A stretch of 64,000 nucleotides of DNA from contig CAVYSW010000003.1 of NCBI GenBank assembly GCA_963771275.1, positions 960,001 through 1,024,000 of the forward strand, written 5' to 3'. The notes below the pieces were generated by a model that did not search any database, had not been told where the DNA came from, and saw only the letters and a program-made list of their open reading frames with translations. The stretch comes from an uncultured Gemmatimonadales bacterium. GTDB lineage: Bacteria > Gemmatimonadota > Gemmatimonadetes > Gemmatimonadales > GWC2-71-9. A program made the position numbers and the translations under genes. Below, piece after piece: positions 19,593-29,346 of the stretch (positions within the stretch are counted from its first letter, which is position 1; each line of letters opens with the position of its first letter).

Positions 19593-20873
19593 TCAGTACG
19601 CATACTCGACGCCCGCGGTCCAGATGTAGTCGGGCTGGAGCCCCGCTCGCCTGAGTGGCACGATGCCGTTGAGCACCAGGACCGTGCCGCCGCGCACCGC
19701 GAACTTGACGCCGAACGCGGCGTTCAGGACGTTGTCGCGCTTCTCGGGAATCGTGGTGGACGGGTAGATGCGCTCGAACGGTATCGAATACACGATCGGG
19801 CCGGGCAGCGCGATCTTGTTGGCCCCGAGCTGCCACTCCGAGCTGATGTCGAACGCCACCGTGGCCCACTGGGCGGCCAGCGCGTCGAATCCCAGGGTCG
19901 CCAGGATGGCATCGTTCTGGAGGGAGTCGGAGCGGGCGACGTACCCGCCGTTGAAATGCGGGGCGAAGGTACCGAACTGGGTGCCGACGATCGCCAGGGC
20001 GCGGATCGCCGTCGAGCCGGCGCCGAGCAGATCCTCCTCACGGCCCGTGGGAAGCCGCACCTCGGCCAGCAGGGCCACGCCGACATGCTCGCCCTGCCCC
20101 GCGTTGATCTTCACCCGCCCCACCACGTCGCCGACCCCCGTGGCGGAGCCATGGGCGCTCTTCGTGGCACGGAGGATCGGATTGAGGGAGTCACCGCTGA
20201 ACCGGTGCACGGCCACCGCGCCGAACGGGGTGAATTGCGCGATGCTGCTCCCGCTGATCGACGTGCGCACGAACGGGACCGCGAGTCCGATATCCACGAA
20301 ATCGGTGGGGGCCCACGTGGCAAACAGCGACGCCACCTGCACGCTGATGTCCAGGGCCAGCTGCACCGAGATCATGTCGTTCTCGAGCGGCGGATCGCCG
20401 AGCCCCGGGGCGCCGACATCCTGATGGGCGAAGTTGAAGCGCAGGTCGCTGATCGGATCGCCGTTCAGCGACGAGTAGGAGATACCACTCACGTTGGCGC
20501 CGAGGAAGAACCGGCCGCGTCCCAGGGTCTGTGACCGTTCGGCGTAGATCGGACCCGCGGACGTCGACGTCTTGACGGGCAGCCCGCCCACGATCCTGAA
20601 GGTCGTCCCGCTGCTCGTCGCCGAGATGGGCAGGTTGGCGGTGCTCCGGCTGATGGACTGCGTCAGGAATCCCAGGACCGTCTGATTCCCCTGCGTCACC
20701 GAGGGAATGAAATGCTCGCCGTGCTGCGGCCCCACGTCCAGGCACAGCGGCTTGCCACACGTCCCGAAGGTGAACAGATCGTTGATCAGGCTGTCGAGAC
20801 TCTGGGCGTGTGCCCGCGCGGGGTGGATGAACAGCAACGCGGACAACACGAAGGGCAGCGGGCTGGGACGCAT
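19593..20873 (-). CDS. Putative outer-membrane beta-barrel (transporter-like) protein
   Basis: Signal peptide, ERSQTLGRG, GVGDVVGRVK, RLPTG...LLGAG, and an aromatic C-terminus (AGVEYAY). Confidence 0.7.
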   Translation of the reverse strand: MRPSPLPFVLSALLFIHPARAHAQSLDSLINDLFTFGTCGKPLCLDVGPQHGEHFIPSVTQGNQTVLGFLTQSISRSTANLPISATSSGTTFRIVGGLPVKTSTSAGPIYAERSQTLGRGRFFLGANVSGISYSSLNGDPISDLRFNFAHQDVGAPGLGDPPLENDMISVQLALDISVQVASLFATWAPTDFVDIGLAVPFVRTSISGSSIAQFTPFGAVAVHRFSGDSLNPILRATKSAHGSATGVGDVVGRVKINAGQGEHVGVALLAEVRLPTGREEDLLGAGSTAIRALAIVGTQFGTFAPHFNGGYVARSDSLQNDAILATLGFDALAAQWATVAFDISSEWQLGANKIALPGPIVYSIPFERIYPSTTIPEKRDNVLNAAFGVKFAVRGGTVLVLNGIVPLRRAGLQPDYIWTAGVEYAY

Positions 20874-20952
20874 GCGCACTCCGGTGAAGTAAGGTGGCCA
20901 ACAAGGTACTTCTCCCCTGGAGGGGGGGAAGGAGGTCCAGGGGGGCCAAGCG

Positions 20953-21993
20953 CTACACGTTGAACCGGATGTGCAGAATGTCCCCGTCCGACACCACGTA
21001 GTCCTTGCCCTCGATCTGCAGCCGGCCGGCATCCTTCACCGCCGGCTCGGACCCGTACTCCATGAACACCGCATAGGGGATCACCTCCGCGCGGATGAAG
21101 CCGCGCTCGAGGTCCGAGTGGATGCGGCCGGCCGCCTGCCGCGCCCGGGTGCCCCGGCGGATCGGCCACGCCCGCACCTCGTCCGGCCCGACGGTGAAGA
21201 ACGACACGAGGTCTTGCAGACCATAGGCGGTGCGAATGAACCGCGTCAGCGCCGACTCCGCGAGGCCCAGATCCTCCAGAAACGCCGCGCGGTCCGCCGG
21301 GTCCATGCTCGCGATCTCGGCCTCCACACTGGCCGAGAGCACCAGGCCCGCGGCGTTGAGCTCGCCGAGCCGCGCCGCCAGTGCCGTAGGGAGCGGCTTG
21401 GCGGCCTCCTGCTCGCTGCGATTGAGCGCGATCAGCAGCGGCCGATCGGTGAGCAGCCCGTAGCCTCTGAGCGCGTCGCGATGCAGCGCCTCGGCCGAGA
21501 GCGACCGGATCGGGCGCTCCCGCTCGAGGGTTGCTTTCATCAGTTCGAACGCGGTCAGCTCGAGCGCATCGGGCTTGTCCTTCTTCGCGCGATCCAGCCG
21601 GCGCTCGACGATGTCGAGATCGGACAGCAGGCATTCGGTGTGGAACGCTTCGAGGTCGGCGGCGGGATCGGGATCGGCGTCGAGGGCGGGGTTGGGGAAC
21701 GCCCGCAGCACGAGACAGAGCACCTCCTGGTCGCGAATCTGCTGCAGGGCTTTGCGCGACAGCCCTTTGCGGTCGGCGCCGTGCTCGCCCGGAACGTCGC
21801 AGAAGACGATCTCGGCGTAGGTGGTCTTCTTGGGGGAGTAGATCCTGCTCAGGATGTCGATCCGCTCGTCAGGCACCTTCACCGTGCCGAGCCGCAGCTC
21901 GCCGCCGTAGCCGACCGGCACGGCAAGCCCGGTCATCGTATTGAACACGGTCGTCTTGCCCGAGCCTGCGAAGCCTACCAACCCGACTTTCAT
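20953..21993 (-). CDS. ychF: YchF/OLA1-family ATPase (DUF933 C-terminus)
   Basis: GFAGSGKTT, VKVPDERI, FFTVGPDEVRAW, AAGRIHSDLERGFIRAEV, EGKDYVVSDGDILHIRFNV. Confidence 0.9.
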   Translation of the reverse strand: MKVGLVGFAGSGKTTVFNTMTGLAVPVGYGGELRLGTVKVPDERIDILSRIYSPKKTTYAEIVFCDVPGEHGADRKGLSRKALQQIRDQEVLCLVLRAFPNPALDADPDPAADLEAFHTECLLSDLDIVERRLDRAKKDKPDALELTAFELMKATLERERPIRSLSAEALHRDALRGYGLLTDRPLLIALNRSEQEAAKPLPTALAARLGELNAAGLVLSASVEAEIASMDPADRAAFLEDLGLAESALTRFIRTAYGLQDLVSFFTVGPDEVRAWPIRRGTRARQAAGRIHSDLERGFIRAEVIPYAVFMEYGSEPAVKDAGRLQIEGKDYVVSDGDILHIRFNV

Positions 21994-22171
21994 CCGGCGG
22001 AACTCCGTGCCAACGGGATCGGTAATCTCGCGGACGGGTCCGGGCAGGGCTAGGTGCCCGGGCCCTGAAACCGATCGCGCTCGCGCCCGTACGCTTCTTC
22101 TGAGCGACGTCCGACTCGACGGCAGGCGCCGCGAGCAGGAGATTCCTCATCCCATGATCAGGAGCATCGCG

Positions 22172-23608
22172 ATGAACGCACGGCTTCCACTCGGGGCGGT
22201 CCCGGTCCTGCTGGTGCTCGTCGCCTGCGGCGCACGCGAATCCGGTCCCCCATCGAAGGACCTCGCGCTCACCGATCTGCGCCTCGATCTGGCGCTCAAC
22301 TACGACGACGGCAGCATGGCGGGCCGGGCGACGATCACCGTGCTCAACGTCGGCGACGCGCCGGCCCGCCGGATACCGGTGCAGCTCGGCCGGCTGTTTC
22401 GGGTGTCCGCGGTGAGCGACTCGGCCAACGGCCCGGTACCGTTCACCCAGGACCTCATCACGCTGACCGATTGGCCGATCTTCCAGGTGAACCAGATCTA
22501 TCTGACCGCCGACCCGGCGTTGCGGTCCGGGGAATCACGTGCGTTTACGGTCGCCTACGGAGGATATCTCGTAGGCTACACCGAAACCGGCATGATGTAC
22601 GTGCGGGATCACATCGACCACGCCTTCACCATGCTCCGCGAAGACGCCCTGGCGTTCCCCACCCTCCACCTGCCGTCGAGCCACGACTCGCGCGGCATGC
22701 CGCGGCGCGACTTCAGCTATCACCTGCGGATCAGCGTTCCGTCGGACCTCGTCGTGGCCGCGGCGGTGCCACCGGCCGGGCGCAGCGACAGCGGCGGCGT
22801 GTCGACGTGGACGTTCGAGAGCACGGCACCGGTGCCGTTTCTCAACGTGCCGATCGCCCCATACGCGCTGCTGGAGCGCGGCGGCGTCCGGATCTTCCAC
22901 TTCCCGGCGGACAGCGCGGGCGCCCGCACCGTGCTGCGGGGGATCGAGCGCGTCACCGATACGTACACCCGCTGGCTCGGCCCGATCGAGCGCCGCACGA
23001 CACTCACGGTGATGGAGATCCCGGAGGACTGGGGCTCGCAGGCGAGCCTCACGGCCGGCATCATCCAGACCGCCGACCAGTTCGCGGGTGGGGCCAACCT
23101 CATCGGCATGTATCACGAGCTCGCGCATCTCTGGCATGCCACCGACACCGACACGCCCCCGGTGCGCTGGAACGAAGGCCTTGCCACCTTCCTGCAATTC
23201 CGGGCGGCCAGCGCGCTGGACGGCCGGTCACTGGAGGAGTCGATGCGCTGGGTGACCTCGCGCCTGGTGAGCCGCGCAGCCGACGATTCCGCCGTGGCCA
23301 CCGTGCCGATGGCGCAGTACGGACAGCGCGCGCTCACCGATTTCTCCTACTCGACAGGCGCCCTGCTGTTCTACGCCCTGTTCCGCGTGCTGGGCGACAC
23401 CGCGTTCGACCGCCTGCTCCAGAGCTATGGCGCCGCGTACGGGGCGAGCGGCAGCTCGACGGAGCAAATGGCGCGACACTTCAGTGAGCACTCGCCCGCG
23501 GATCTGCGACCGGTGTTCGACGACTGGCTCACCACGACCAACGGGTACCGACGACTGGCGGCCGGCGAGACGATCGACGCCATCATCGCGGGATACCGGC
23601 GCCGGTGA
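22172..23608 (+). CDS. M1-like gluzincin metallopeptidase lipoprotein
   Basis: AGGAG RBS, lipobox LVAC, HELAHLW...WNEGLATF, YSTGALLFYAL. Confidence 0.82.
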   Translation: MNARLPLGAVPVLLVLVACGARESGPPSKDLALTDLRLDLALNYDDGSMAGRATITVLNVGDAPARRIPVQLGRLFRVSAVSDSANGPVPFTQDLITLTDWPIFQVNQIYLTADPALRSGESRAFTVAYGGYLVGYTETGMMYVRDHIDHAFTMLREDALAFPTLHLPSSHDSRGMPRRDFSYHLRISVPSDLVVAAAVPPAGRSDSGGVSTWTFESTAPVPFLNVPIAPYALLERGGVRIFHFPADSAGARTVLRGIERVTDTYTRWLGPIERRTTLTVMEIPEDWGSQASLTAGIIQTADQFAGGANLIGMYHELAHLWHATDTDTPPVRWNEGLATFLQFRAASALDGRSLEESMRWVTSRLVSRAADDSAVATVPMAQYGQRALTDFSYSTGALLFYALFRVLGDTAFDRLLQSYGAAYGASGSSTEQMARHFSEHSPADLRPVFDDWLTTTNGYRRLAAGETIDAIIAGYRRR

Positions 23609-23689
23609 CCTCCCACTCTCCGTCTTCGGTGTCGCTCCGCCTGCGGCGCTTCAAACTGACTCAACGGGTTTTCGGGCAAGTGCCGACAC

Positions 23690-23872
23690 TCACCCCGTGT
23701 TCGGGTAAGGAATCGGGATCGGTCCACCGGCCGTTGGGACTCTGGCTGGTGCGATCCGCTCCTCCAGCTCCTCGACACCCAACTCGATCGCTTCGGCGTC
23801 CTTGCCCGTGAGCGCCTTCACAGCCTGGCGCTGCGCGGGGGTGAGCTGCAGCGCAATCCGCTTCTCCGTCAT
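23690..23872 (-). CDS. 60-aa peptide, leader-plus-core-like (ELEERIAP ... GPIPIPYPNTG)
   Basis: GGGAG RBS 6 nt before ATG 23872; MTEKRIALQLTPAQRQAVKALTGKDAEAIELGVEELEERIAPARVPTAGGPIPIPYPNTG. Confidence 0.7.
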   Translation of the reverse strand: MTEKRIALQLTPAQRQAVKALTGKDAEAIELGVEELEERIAPARVPTAGGPIPIPYPNTG

Positions 23873-24122
23873 GCTGGGCTCCCGGTCGTGGGGTCCGCCG
23901 AAGCTAGATCGGAGCCGTGAAAGGCCCGTGAAACCCGGCTCGAGCGGGAAGGGCCGCGCGCACCGCGCGCCGTCCCGGACTGGTGCGGTCGACGCGCGAA
24001 CGCTATGAATGGTGGGCGCCATCCTGCGGGACGCTGCGGGGGACCCGGCATGCCTGGCGCCCCAGGACCCTCGCTGCGCTGGCTCGCCGGGCCGACGACC
24101 TGATCGGAGGAAGACGAACCCG

Positions 24123-24401
24123 ATGCGCAGAACCCCCAAGCCGGTCGCGGACCCGCTGCAGACCATCCCCGGGATCGGCCCGAGCCTCGCGCAGGACCTG
24201 CGCGACCTCGGTATCCGCCGCGTGGCCGACCTCGAGCGGCGCGACCCCGAACGCCTCTACGCCAGACTGAACCGCCTACGGGGAGTGCGACAGGATCCCT
24301 GCGTGCTCTACGCGTTCCGCTGCGCGGTCTACTATGCCCGCACGCCCCGGCCCAGACCCGAGCTGCTCAGGTGGTGGAACTGGAAGGACCGGGAGATCTG
24401 A
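24123..24401 (+). CDS. Helix-hairpin-helix protein (Cdd1/pathogenicity-locus-like)
   Basis: LQTIPGIGPSLAQDL, DPERLYARL, QDPCVLYAFRCAVYYA, WWNWKD. Confidence 0.85.
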   Translation: MRRTPKPVADPLQTIPGIGPSLAQDLRDLGIRRVADLERRDPERLYARLNRLRGVRQDPCVLYAFRCAVYYARTPRPRPELLRWWNWKDREI

Positions 24402-24522
24402 GGTTGCCCCTCCGGGAGGGGCCATCCCCCAATACCTGCTACTGGTAGCAGTTGCGGATTCGGGTCCGGTGCCCGATTGTGGAGCGAACTCGCCGCCACA
24501 CACGTCGGAGGTCTGCACAGCG

Positions 24523-25442
24523 ATGGCGCAGGTGCTGACCTTCGCGGACGCCGACTTGGAGAAGCTCTACGTGTTCGCGCGCCACCTCCGCCGCTTGCTG
24601 CCGGCGGACCGGGCGGCCCTGCCCCGCGAGGTCCAGCAGAACATCGACATGGAGTCCTACCGCATCCAGCAGACCGGAAGCGGCGGAATCGCCCTCGACC
24701 GCAAGACGGGCGTGCTCGACCCGATGGGCACGAAGGGCGGCCACGGAACCGCTCCGGAAGAGATGGAGACGCTGTCGCGCATCATCGCCGAGCTGAACGA
24801 GCGCTTCGGGCTCAGCCTCGGCCCCGAGCACCGCGTCACCCTCGGCCAGATGTGGACTCGAACTTCGAGCTCTACAAGCGGATCACCGACGACCGCGCCT
24901 TCGGCGAGGCGGTGAAGAACTTCCTGTTCGACCAGTACCTGCGAACGCACCGCTTGGCCGAGGAGCTGATCAAGCAGGGCGAGTCGAAGACCCTGGAGTT
25001 CAAGTCCACGCTACGCTGGAACATCAGGGAGAGCCGCCAGGACGACAGGAACGTCACGCACGCCGTGCTCAAGACCATCGCCGCCTTCTTGAACACCGAG
25101 GGCGGCGACCTCCTCATCGGGGTCGCGGACGACGGCTCGATCGTCGGCATCGAGCGCGATCAGCTCGACACCGACGACAAGTTCATGCGCCATCTGGCTC
25201 AGATGGTGCGAAACGGCCTCGGGGACCGGGCGAGCACCTGCATCGACCCCAAGACCCAGATTGTAGACGGAAAGACGGTGTGCGTGGTGAGCTGCCAGCG
25301 GAGCCCGGAGCCGGTGCTCCTCAAGTGGAAGGGGATGGAGAAGAGTCCCGGCGGAGACCTCTATGTGCGGAGCGGGCCGGGGACCGTCGTGCTGCCTCCT
25401 GAGAGTGCCAGCGCGCTGCTGGTTGAGCGTCTGCTGACCTGA
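24523..25442 (+). pseudogene. Remnant of a type I restriction R-subunit C-terminus fused to an AlbA_2 (Schlafen-like) domain; internal deletion and frameshift near 24850
   Basis: QVLTFADADLEKLYVFARHL...LSRIIAELNERFG (HsdR tail), then ESKTLEFKSTLRWN...KTIAAFLNTEGGDLLIGVADDGSIVG (AlbA_2). Confidence 0.75.
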
Positions 25443-25478
25443 CGCTGAGGCCGCCATCCACGCGGCCTCACGTGATCG

Positions 25479-26594
25479 TCACACCAGCGTCCTGAGGAAC
25501 GTGACCGCAGGGGCGACGCGGATCCCCTCCGGCGTCTGGTAGTCCTTCCGTCCCTCCGCGGCAATCTGCCAGGCCGCGGCGCTGGGGAACCGGGTCTTGA
25601 GATAGCGGAGCGCGGGATCCACGCGGGTATCGGACGACTTACACTCCACCAGGAGTCGGGGGACCCGTTTCTCCGCGACCACGAAATCGACCTCCCGCCC
25701 GTCCGTGTCGCGGAAGTAGCGCAGCTCGAGGTCGCGGCCCTTGGTGTCCTGCGTGTGGTGGACCCACTTGAGCAGGTGCGACGCGACCAGGTTCTCGAAT
25801 CGCGCGGCGGGGTCGTCCACGAGGCTCCAGTCCACGTGATAATGCTTCCGGGCCTTGCGGATGGCGCGGATGCGGGGGCCGCCGAGCGGCGGGAGGCGGA
25901 AGATGGCGTAGAGGCGCTCGAGGATCCCGATCCAGCGTTCGGCCGTCTTGTGACTGATCTCGAGATCTTCGCGGAGCGCGTTGACCGAGAGCGGCGAGCC
26001 GACCAACTCCGGGAGCCGGAGCATGAGCAGCTCCAGCCGCCCGAGGTCGTCCACGCGTTCCAGGCTGGTCACCTCCTCCCGGACCAGCAGGTTGCGGTAC
26101 TCCCGCGACCAACGGCGTGCCTCCACGTCCGATCCGGAAAGGAATGGCTCGGGGAACCCTCCGAGCCGAAGCAGGTCCCGCAGCGCGCTCGGTCCTGTCA
26201 GATCCAGCTCGGCCACGGACAGCGGGTGCAACCTGAGCAGGTGGTAGCGGCCCTGGAGAGAGTCACCGCCATAGCGATAGAAGTCGAGGCGCGCGGAGCC
26301 CGTGACCAGGATCCGCTGTCCCGTCGGTCGGCCGTCGTAGACGCCTTTGAGCCAGTTCCGCCACCGCCGGTACTTGTGCACCTCATCGAAGATCCAGAGC
26401 CGTCCCACGGGCAGCTCGCCCTGCAGGATCCGCTGCCGGTCGGCGGATACGTCCCAGTTCAGGTACCCGCGCCGCGCCGCGGGAAGGGAGAGGGCGAGGG
26501 TGGTCTTGCCGACCTGGCGAGGCCCGCTGACGAAGACCATCCGTTTCGCCAGGTCCTTGAGGATCTGTGGCTTGAGGTAGCGCTCGGCGGGCAT
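25479..26594 (-). CDS. AAA_14 ATPase with a DUF4143 C-terminal domain
   Basis: SGPRQVGKTT, FDEVHK, VTGSARL, DSLQGR, GGFPEP, FENLVA, EVDFVV...VECK. Confidence 0.9.
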   Translation of the reverse strand: MPAERYLKPQILKDLAKRMVFVSGPRQVGKTTLALSLPAARRGYLNWDVSADRQRILQGELPVGRLWIFDEVHKYRRWRNWLKGVYDGRPTGQRILVTGSARLDFYRYGGDSLQGRYHLLRLHPLSVAELDLTGPSALRDLLRLGGFPEPFLSGSDVEARRWSREYRNLLVREEVTSLERVDDLGRLELLMLRLPELVGSPLSVNALREDLEISHKTAERWIGILERLYAIFRLPPLGGPRIRAIRKARKHYHVDWSLVDDPAARFENLVASHLLKWVHHTQDTKGRDLELRYFRDTDGREVDFVVAEKRVPRLLVECKSSDTRVDPALRYLKTRFPSAAAWQIAAEGRKDYQTPEGIRVAPAVTFLRTLV

Positions 26595-26607
26595 GCGGCA
26601 TGATACT

Positions 26608-26652
26608 GACGTTTTGGACAGAAGTCAAAAACGTCTGCCGACGTTTTGGACA
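26608..26652. promoter_or_regulatory. Three alternating-orientation copies of GACGTTTT(G/T)GAC upstream of the ATPase
   Basis: GACGTTTTGGACA (26608-26620), inverted GTCAAAAACGTC (26624-26635), GACGTTTTGGACA (26640-26652). Confidence 0.7.
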
Positions 26653-26659
26653 CGGAGTG

Positions 26660-26905
26660 AGCCGTGTGGGTCTGAGGTAGGATGGTCCAGCCAACAAGCG
26701 CTCGATATCGCCGAGCGCATCGTCCGTGTCGCCGATCCGTGCGAGAATCCTCGCACGATCCTCGGCGACCAGAGCTCCGTCTATGGCGTCGTTACGGTAG
26801 ATGTCGGACTCTTCGAGCCACTGAGCCTCGCGCCGTGCGTCCTGCGACCGTTCCAGTTCGGCCAAGGCCAGGCCGCGTGCCGCATGTACCCAGCAGTCGT
26901 GAGGG
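26660..26905 (-). pseudogene. Fragment of a TPR-type C-terminus (as in kinase/adenylate cyclase TPR proteins)
   Basis: VHAARGLALAELERSQDARREA...EDRARILARIGDTDDALGDIERLLAGPSYL; no credible start. Confidence 0.5.
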
Positions 26906-27359
26906 AGCACGGCCACCACGCCGGGCCTCCGTTCGCGAAGCCGGCGCCCTGATCCTTCAGAGCCGACACCTCGGTGTCGACGCGAAGGCAACGACATCGG
27001 TGATGTGAGCGGTCCGCCGATCGTCTCGCAGGTTGGCACCATGAAGTTTCGCGCCGGCGCGAATCGCCTGACCGAGGCCGCGAAGATCAACTCCGTCTCC
27101 TGCCTGCATCGGGGAAAGAACGGCCGCTACGCGCACGTCGCCGTCAGCACCACGCCGGTCGGGTCGCGGCTCGATTGCTTTCCAGATCGGTACTGCTGGG
27201 TGCGGGCGTGGGAGGGGAGCTAATCGGAGGGGCCGGCCGGCCGCGTCTGCTGCTGTGCCTGGACCGGTGCCGCCGTGCCCCGCAGGCCGATCAATCCCGC
27301 TCCACCAACCAGCGGCTGGATGAATCGCCGTCGCGACATCTAGCACCTCCCGCCGAAAT

Positions 27360-27443
27360 TCTTCACTTTTCACTTTTCGTTCTGCGCTCTGCACACTTCA
27401 CGCTGGACGCTGCACCTTGCACGCTGCGCGCTGCACGCTCCAT
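27360..27443. repeat. Degenerate heptamer tandem array (12 units)
   Basis: TCTTCAC TTTTCAC TTTTCGT TCTGCGC TCTGCAC ACTTCAC GCTGGAC GCTGCAC CTTGCAC GCTGCGC GCTGCAC GCTCCAT. Confidence 0.8.
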
Positions 27444-28687
27444 CACCATCCCGCCCACAGCGCCGCGACCCCGACGAGCGTGATCACCACCAAGCCCCAC
27501 GACGCGACCCGCCGGAACGCCGGGGTGCCGACCCCGACGATCAGCCCCAGCTTGAACACGCCGTTGGCGATCGTACCGATCGCGACCGCCTTGGCGGCGA
27601 TGACCGCCGGCTCCACGGGGCCCGTGAGCCGTGCCATCGCGAGGGTGAGCGCGTCCAGGTCCGACAGCCCGACGAGTGCCGCCGACCAGAGCACCCCTCC
27701 GGTGCCGAACTGCTGCTGCACCAGGTAGACCACCATCAGGACGACCTGGAATGCGAGCGTCATCTTGATGGCCGACGCGAGCCGCAGCGGACTGCGCTGC
27801 CCGGTGATGGGGCTCGCCCCACCCCGCGCCTCCGCGCCCTGGGCGCGGCTCCGCAGCAGCGGCACCAGCACGAGCGCCGCGCCCACGAGGAACGGCGGCA
27901 CGATGTAGGGCAGCAACCGCAGCGCCATCGCCGGGCTCAGCACGAGCGAGACGAGCAGCACGCGGGGGAACAGCATCGTGCAGGCGCCCAGCACCCCAAT
28001 GCCGAGCGGCCGCGCCGCGCCGGGCTCCCCGCGGGAGAGCTGCGAGAACCTGAGCGACACCACGGTGGACGACACCATCCCGCCCAGCAGGCCCGTGACG
28101 CCGTAGCCCATGGTGTCCCCGACGGCGCGGCGCGCGATGTAACCCACGAAATCCATACCCGAGAACAGCAGCACCACGACCCACAGCGCGCGGGGCCGGA
28201 TGCCGCCCAGCGGGCCGTACGGCCCCTCGGGCAGCAGCGGCAGGATCACCAGGGCGAGTACCGCGAACTGGAGACCGGCGCGCAGCTCCTGCTCGCCGAT
28301 GCTCCGGATCGCGCCGTGGATCCGCGTCTTCTCCTGCAGCGCGAGCACGATCACCGCGGTGGCGCCCGCCGCGAGCGTCACGTAACCCATGCCGGCCGCC
28401 GCGCCGAGCGCGAGCACGGCCAGGGCGGCGGCCTCGGTCGTCCCCTCGATTCCCTCCGCGTCGCGCCGCGCCGCGATCACGTACGCGGCAACCGTGAGGG
28501 CCACGCCGCCGGCGAGCAGCACGAAGGCGACCGCCACGCGCCCCGTCTCGTGCAGCCAGCCGGCCACCCCGGCCAGGAGACCGAGTACCAGAAACGTGCG
28601 CACGCCCGCGAACCGCCCGTGCGGGCCGGACGCATGCCCCGACCACTCGCGCTCGATCCCCACCGCCAGCCCGGCGAGCGCGGCCAC
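27443..28687 (-). CDS. MgtC/SapB-family membrane protein with DUF4010 (start uncertain)
   Basis: GLAVGIEREWS...FAGVRTFLVLG, GTTEAAAL, ILPLLP, GGMVSST, GLSDLDA. Confidence 0.85.
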   Translation of the reverse strand: MAALAGLAVGIEREWSGHASGPHGRFAGVRTFLVLGLLAGVAGWLHETGRVAVAFVLLAGGVALTVAAYVIAARRDAEGIEGTTEAAALAVLALGAAAGMGYVTLAAGATAVIVLALQEKTRIHGAIRSIGEQELRAGLQFAVLALVILPLLPEGPYGPLGGIRPRALWVVVLLFSGMDFVGYIARRAVGDTMGYGVTGLLGGMVSSTVVSLRFSQLSRGEPGAARPLGIGVLGACTMLFPRVLLVSLVLSPAMALRLLPYIVPPFLVGAALVLVPLLRSRAQGAEARGGASPITGQRSPLRLASAIKMTLAFQVVLMVVYLVQQQFGTGGVLWSAALVGLSDLDALTLAMARLTGPVEPAVIAAKAVAIGTIANGVFKLGLIVGVGTPAFRRVASWGLVVITLVGVAALWAGW

Positions 28688-28720
28688 GGCGATGTCGATC
28701 GCTACCCTGACGTCAAGGCC

Positions 28721-28776
28721 GTTTCCCGTTTCCCGTCTCCCTCCAGCGATCCTTCAATCCTCAATCTGCCTTCTGC
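28721..28776. repeat. Heptamer tandem repeats
   Basis: GTTTCCC GTTTCCC GTCTCCC TCCAGCG ATCCTTC AATCCTC AATCTGC CTTCTGC. Confidence 0.6.
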
Positions 28777-28850
28777 ATTGAAACGGGTGCGCCCACGGCA
28801 CTGCGCATGACCGCGAACGCACCCTGAACGCGCGGGAAGATCTGGGAGCC

Positions 28851-29246
28851 TTAGATCTTCGCCGTCGCGACCCCGCGGACGATGTCGCTCTGGGAGATCA
28901 CTCCCACGAGCGCGCCCTTGTCCTCGACGAACAACCGGTGGACCTCCAGGTACAGCATCTGCTGGGCCGCTTCCTTGACATCCGTTTCCAGCCCGACCGT
29001 GGCCGGTCGCGGCGTCATCAGATCGCGCACCACCGCCCCGTCGAACAGATCCTCGCGCGACCTCGCCCCCTCGGCCGCGGCCTGCAGCACGTCCGTCGTG
29101 GACAGCACGCCGATCAGCCGATCGCGGCTGTCGACGACCGGGAGCGCGGAAATGTGCGACTCGATCATCACCGCCACGGCATCGGCGACCGTGACCTCCG
29201 GTTCCACCGACTTGAGGTCCGTGACCATCAATTCGGCAACCCGCAT
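28851..29246 (-). CDS. Stand-alone CBS-pair protein
   Basis: MRVAELM...ISALPVVD...IGVLSTTDV; VRDLMT...VHRLFVED...LVGVISQSDIV. Confidence 0.9.
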   Translation of the reverse strand: MRVAELMVTDLKSVEPEVTVADAVAVMIESHISALPVVDSRDRLIGVLSTTDVLQAAAEGARSREDLFDGAVVRDLMTPRPATVGLETDVKEAAQQMLYLEVHRLFVEDKGALVGVISQSDIVRGVATAKI

Positions 29247-29316
29247 GGCTCCCTCCTCGAGCGGCGCCGCGCGGCGCGTCTCCGGCAGTCCTCAAGCCGA
29301 CGATACCGGCGACTCG

Positions 29317-29343
29317 ATCAAGTTTGCGTGAAGCCCGGATGAA
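29317..29343 (-). promoter_or_regulatory. 11-bp-phased repeats upstream of the CBS gene
   Basis: Minus strand reads TTCAT-N6-TTCAC-N6-TTGAT. Confidence 0.45.
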
Positions 29344-29346
29344 CCA

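Noticed and set aside
27005..27223. 72-aa ORF as a real gene
   Set aside because: Lies among debris with no clear RBS or family motif; probably a fragment.
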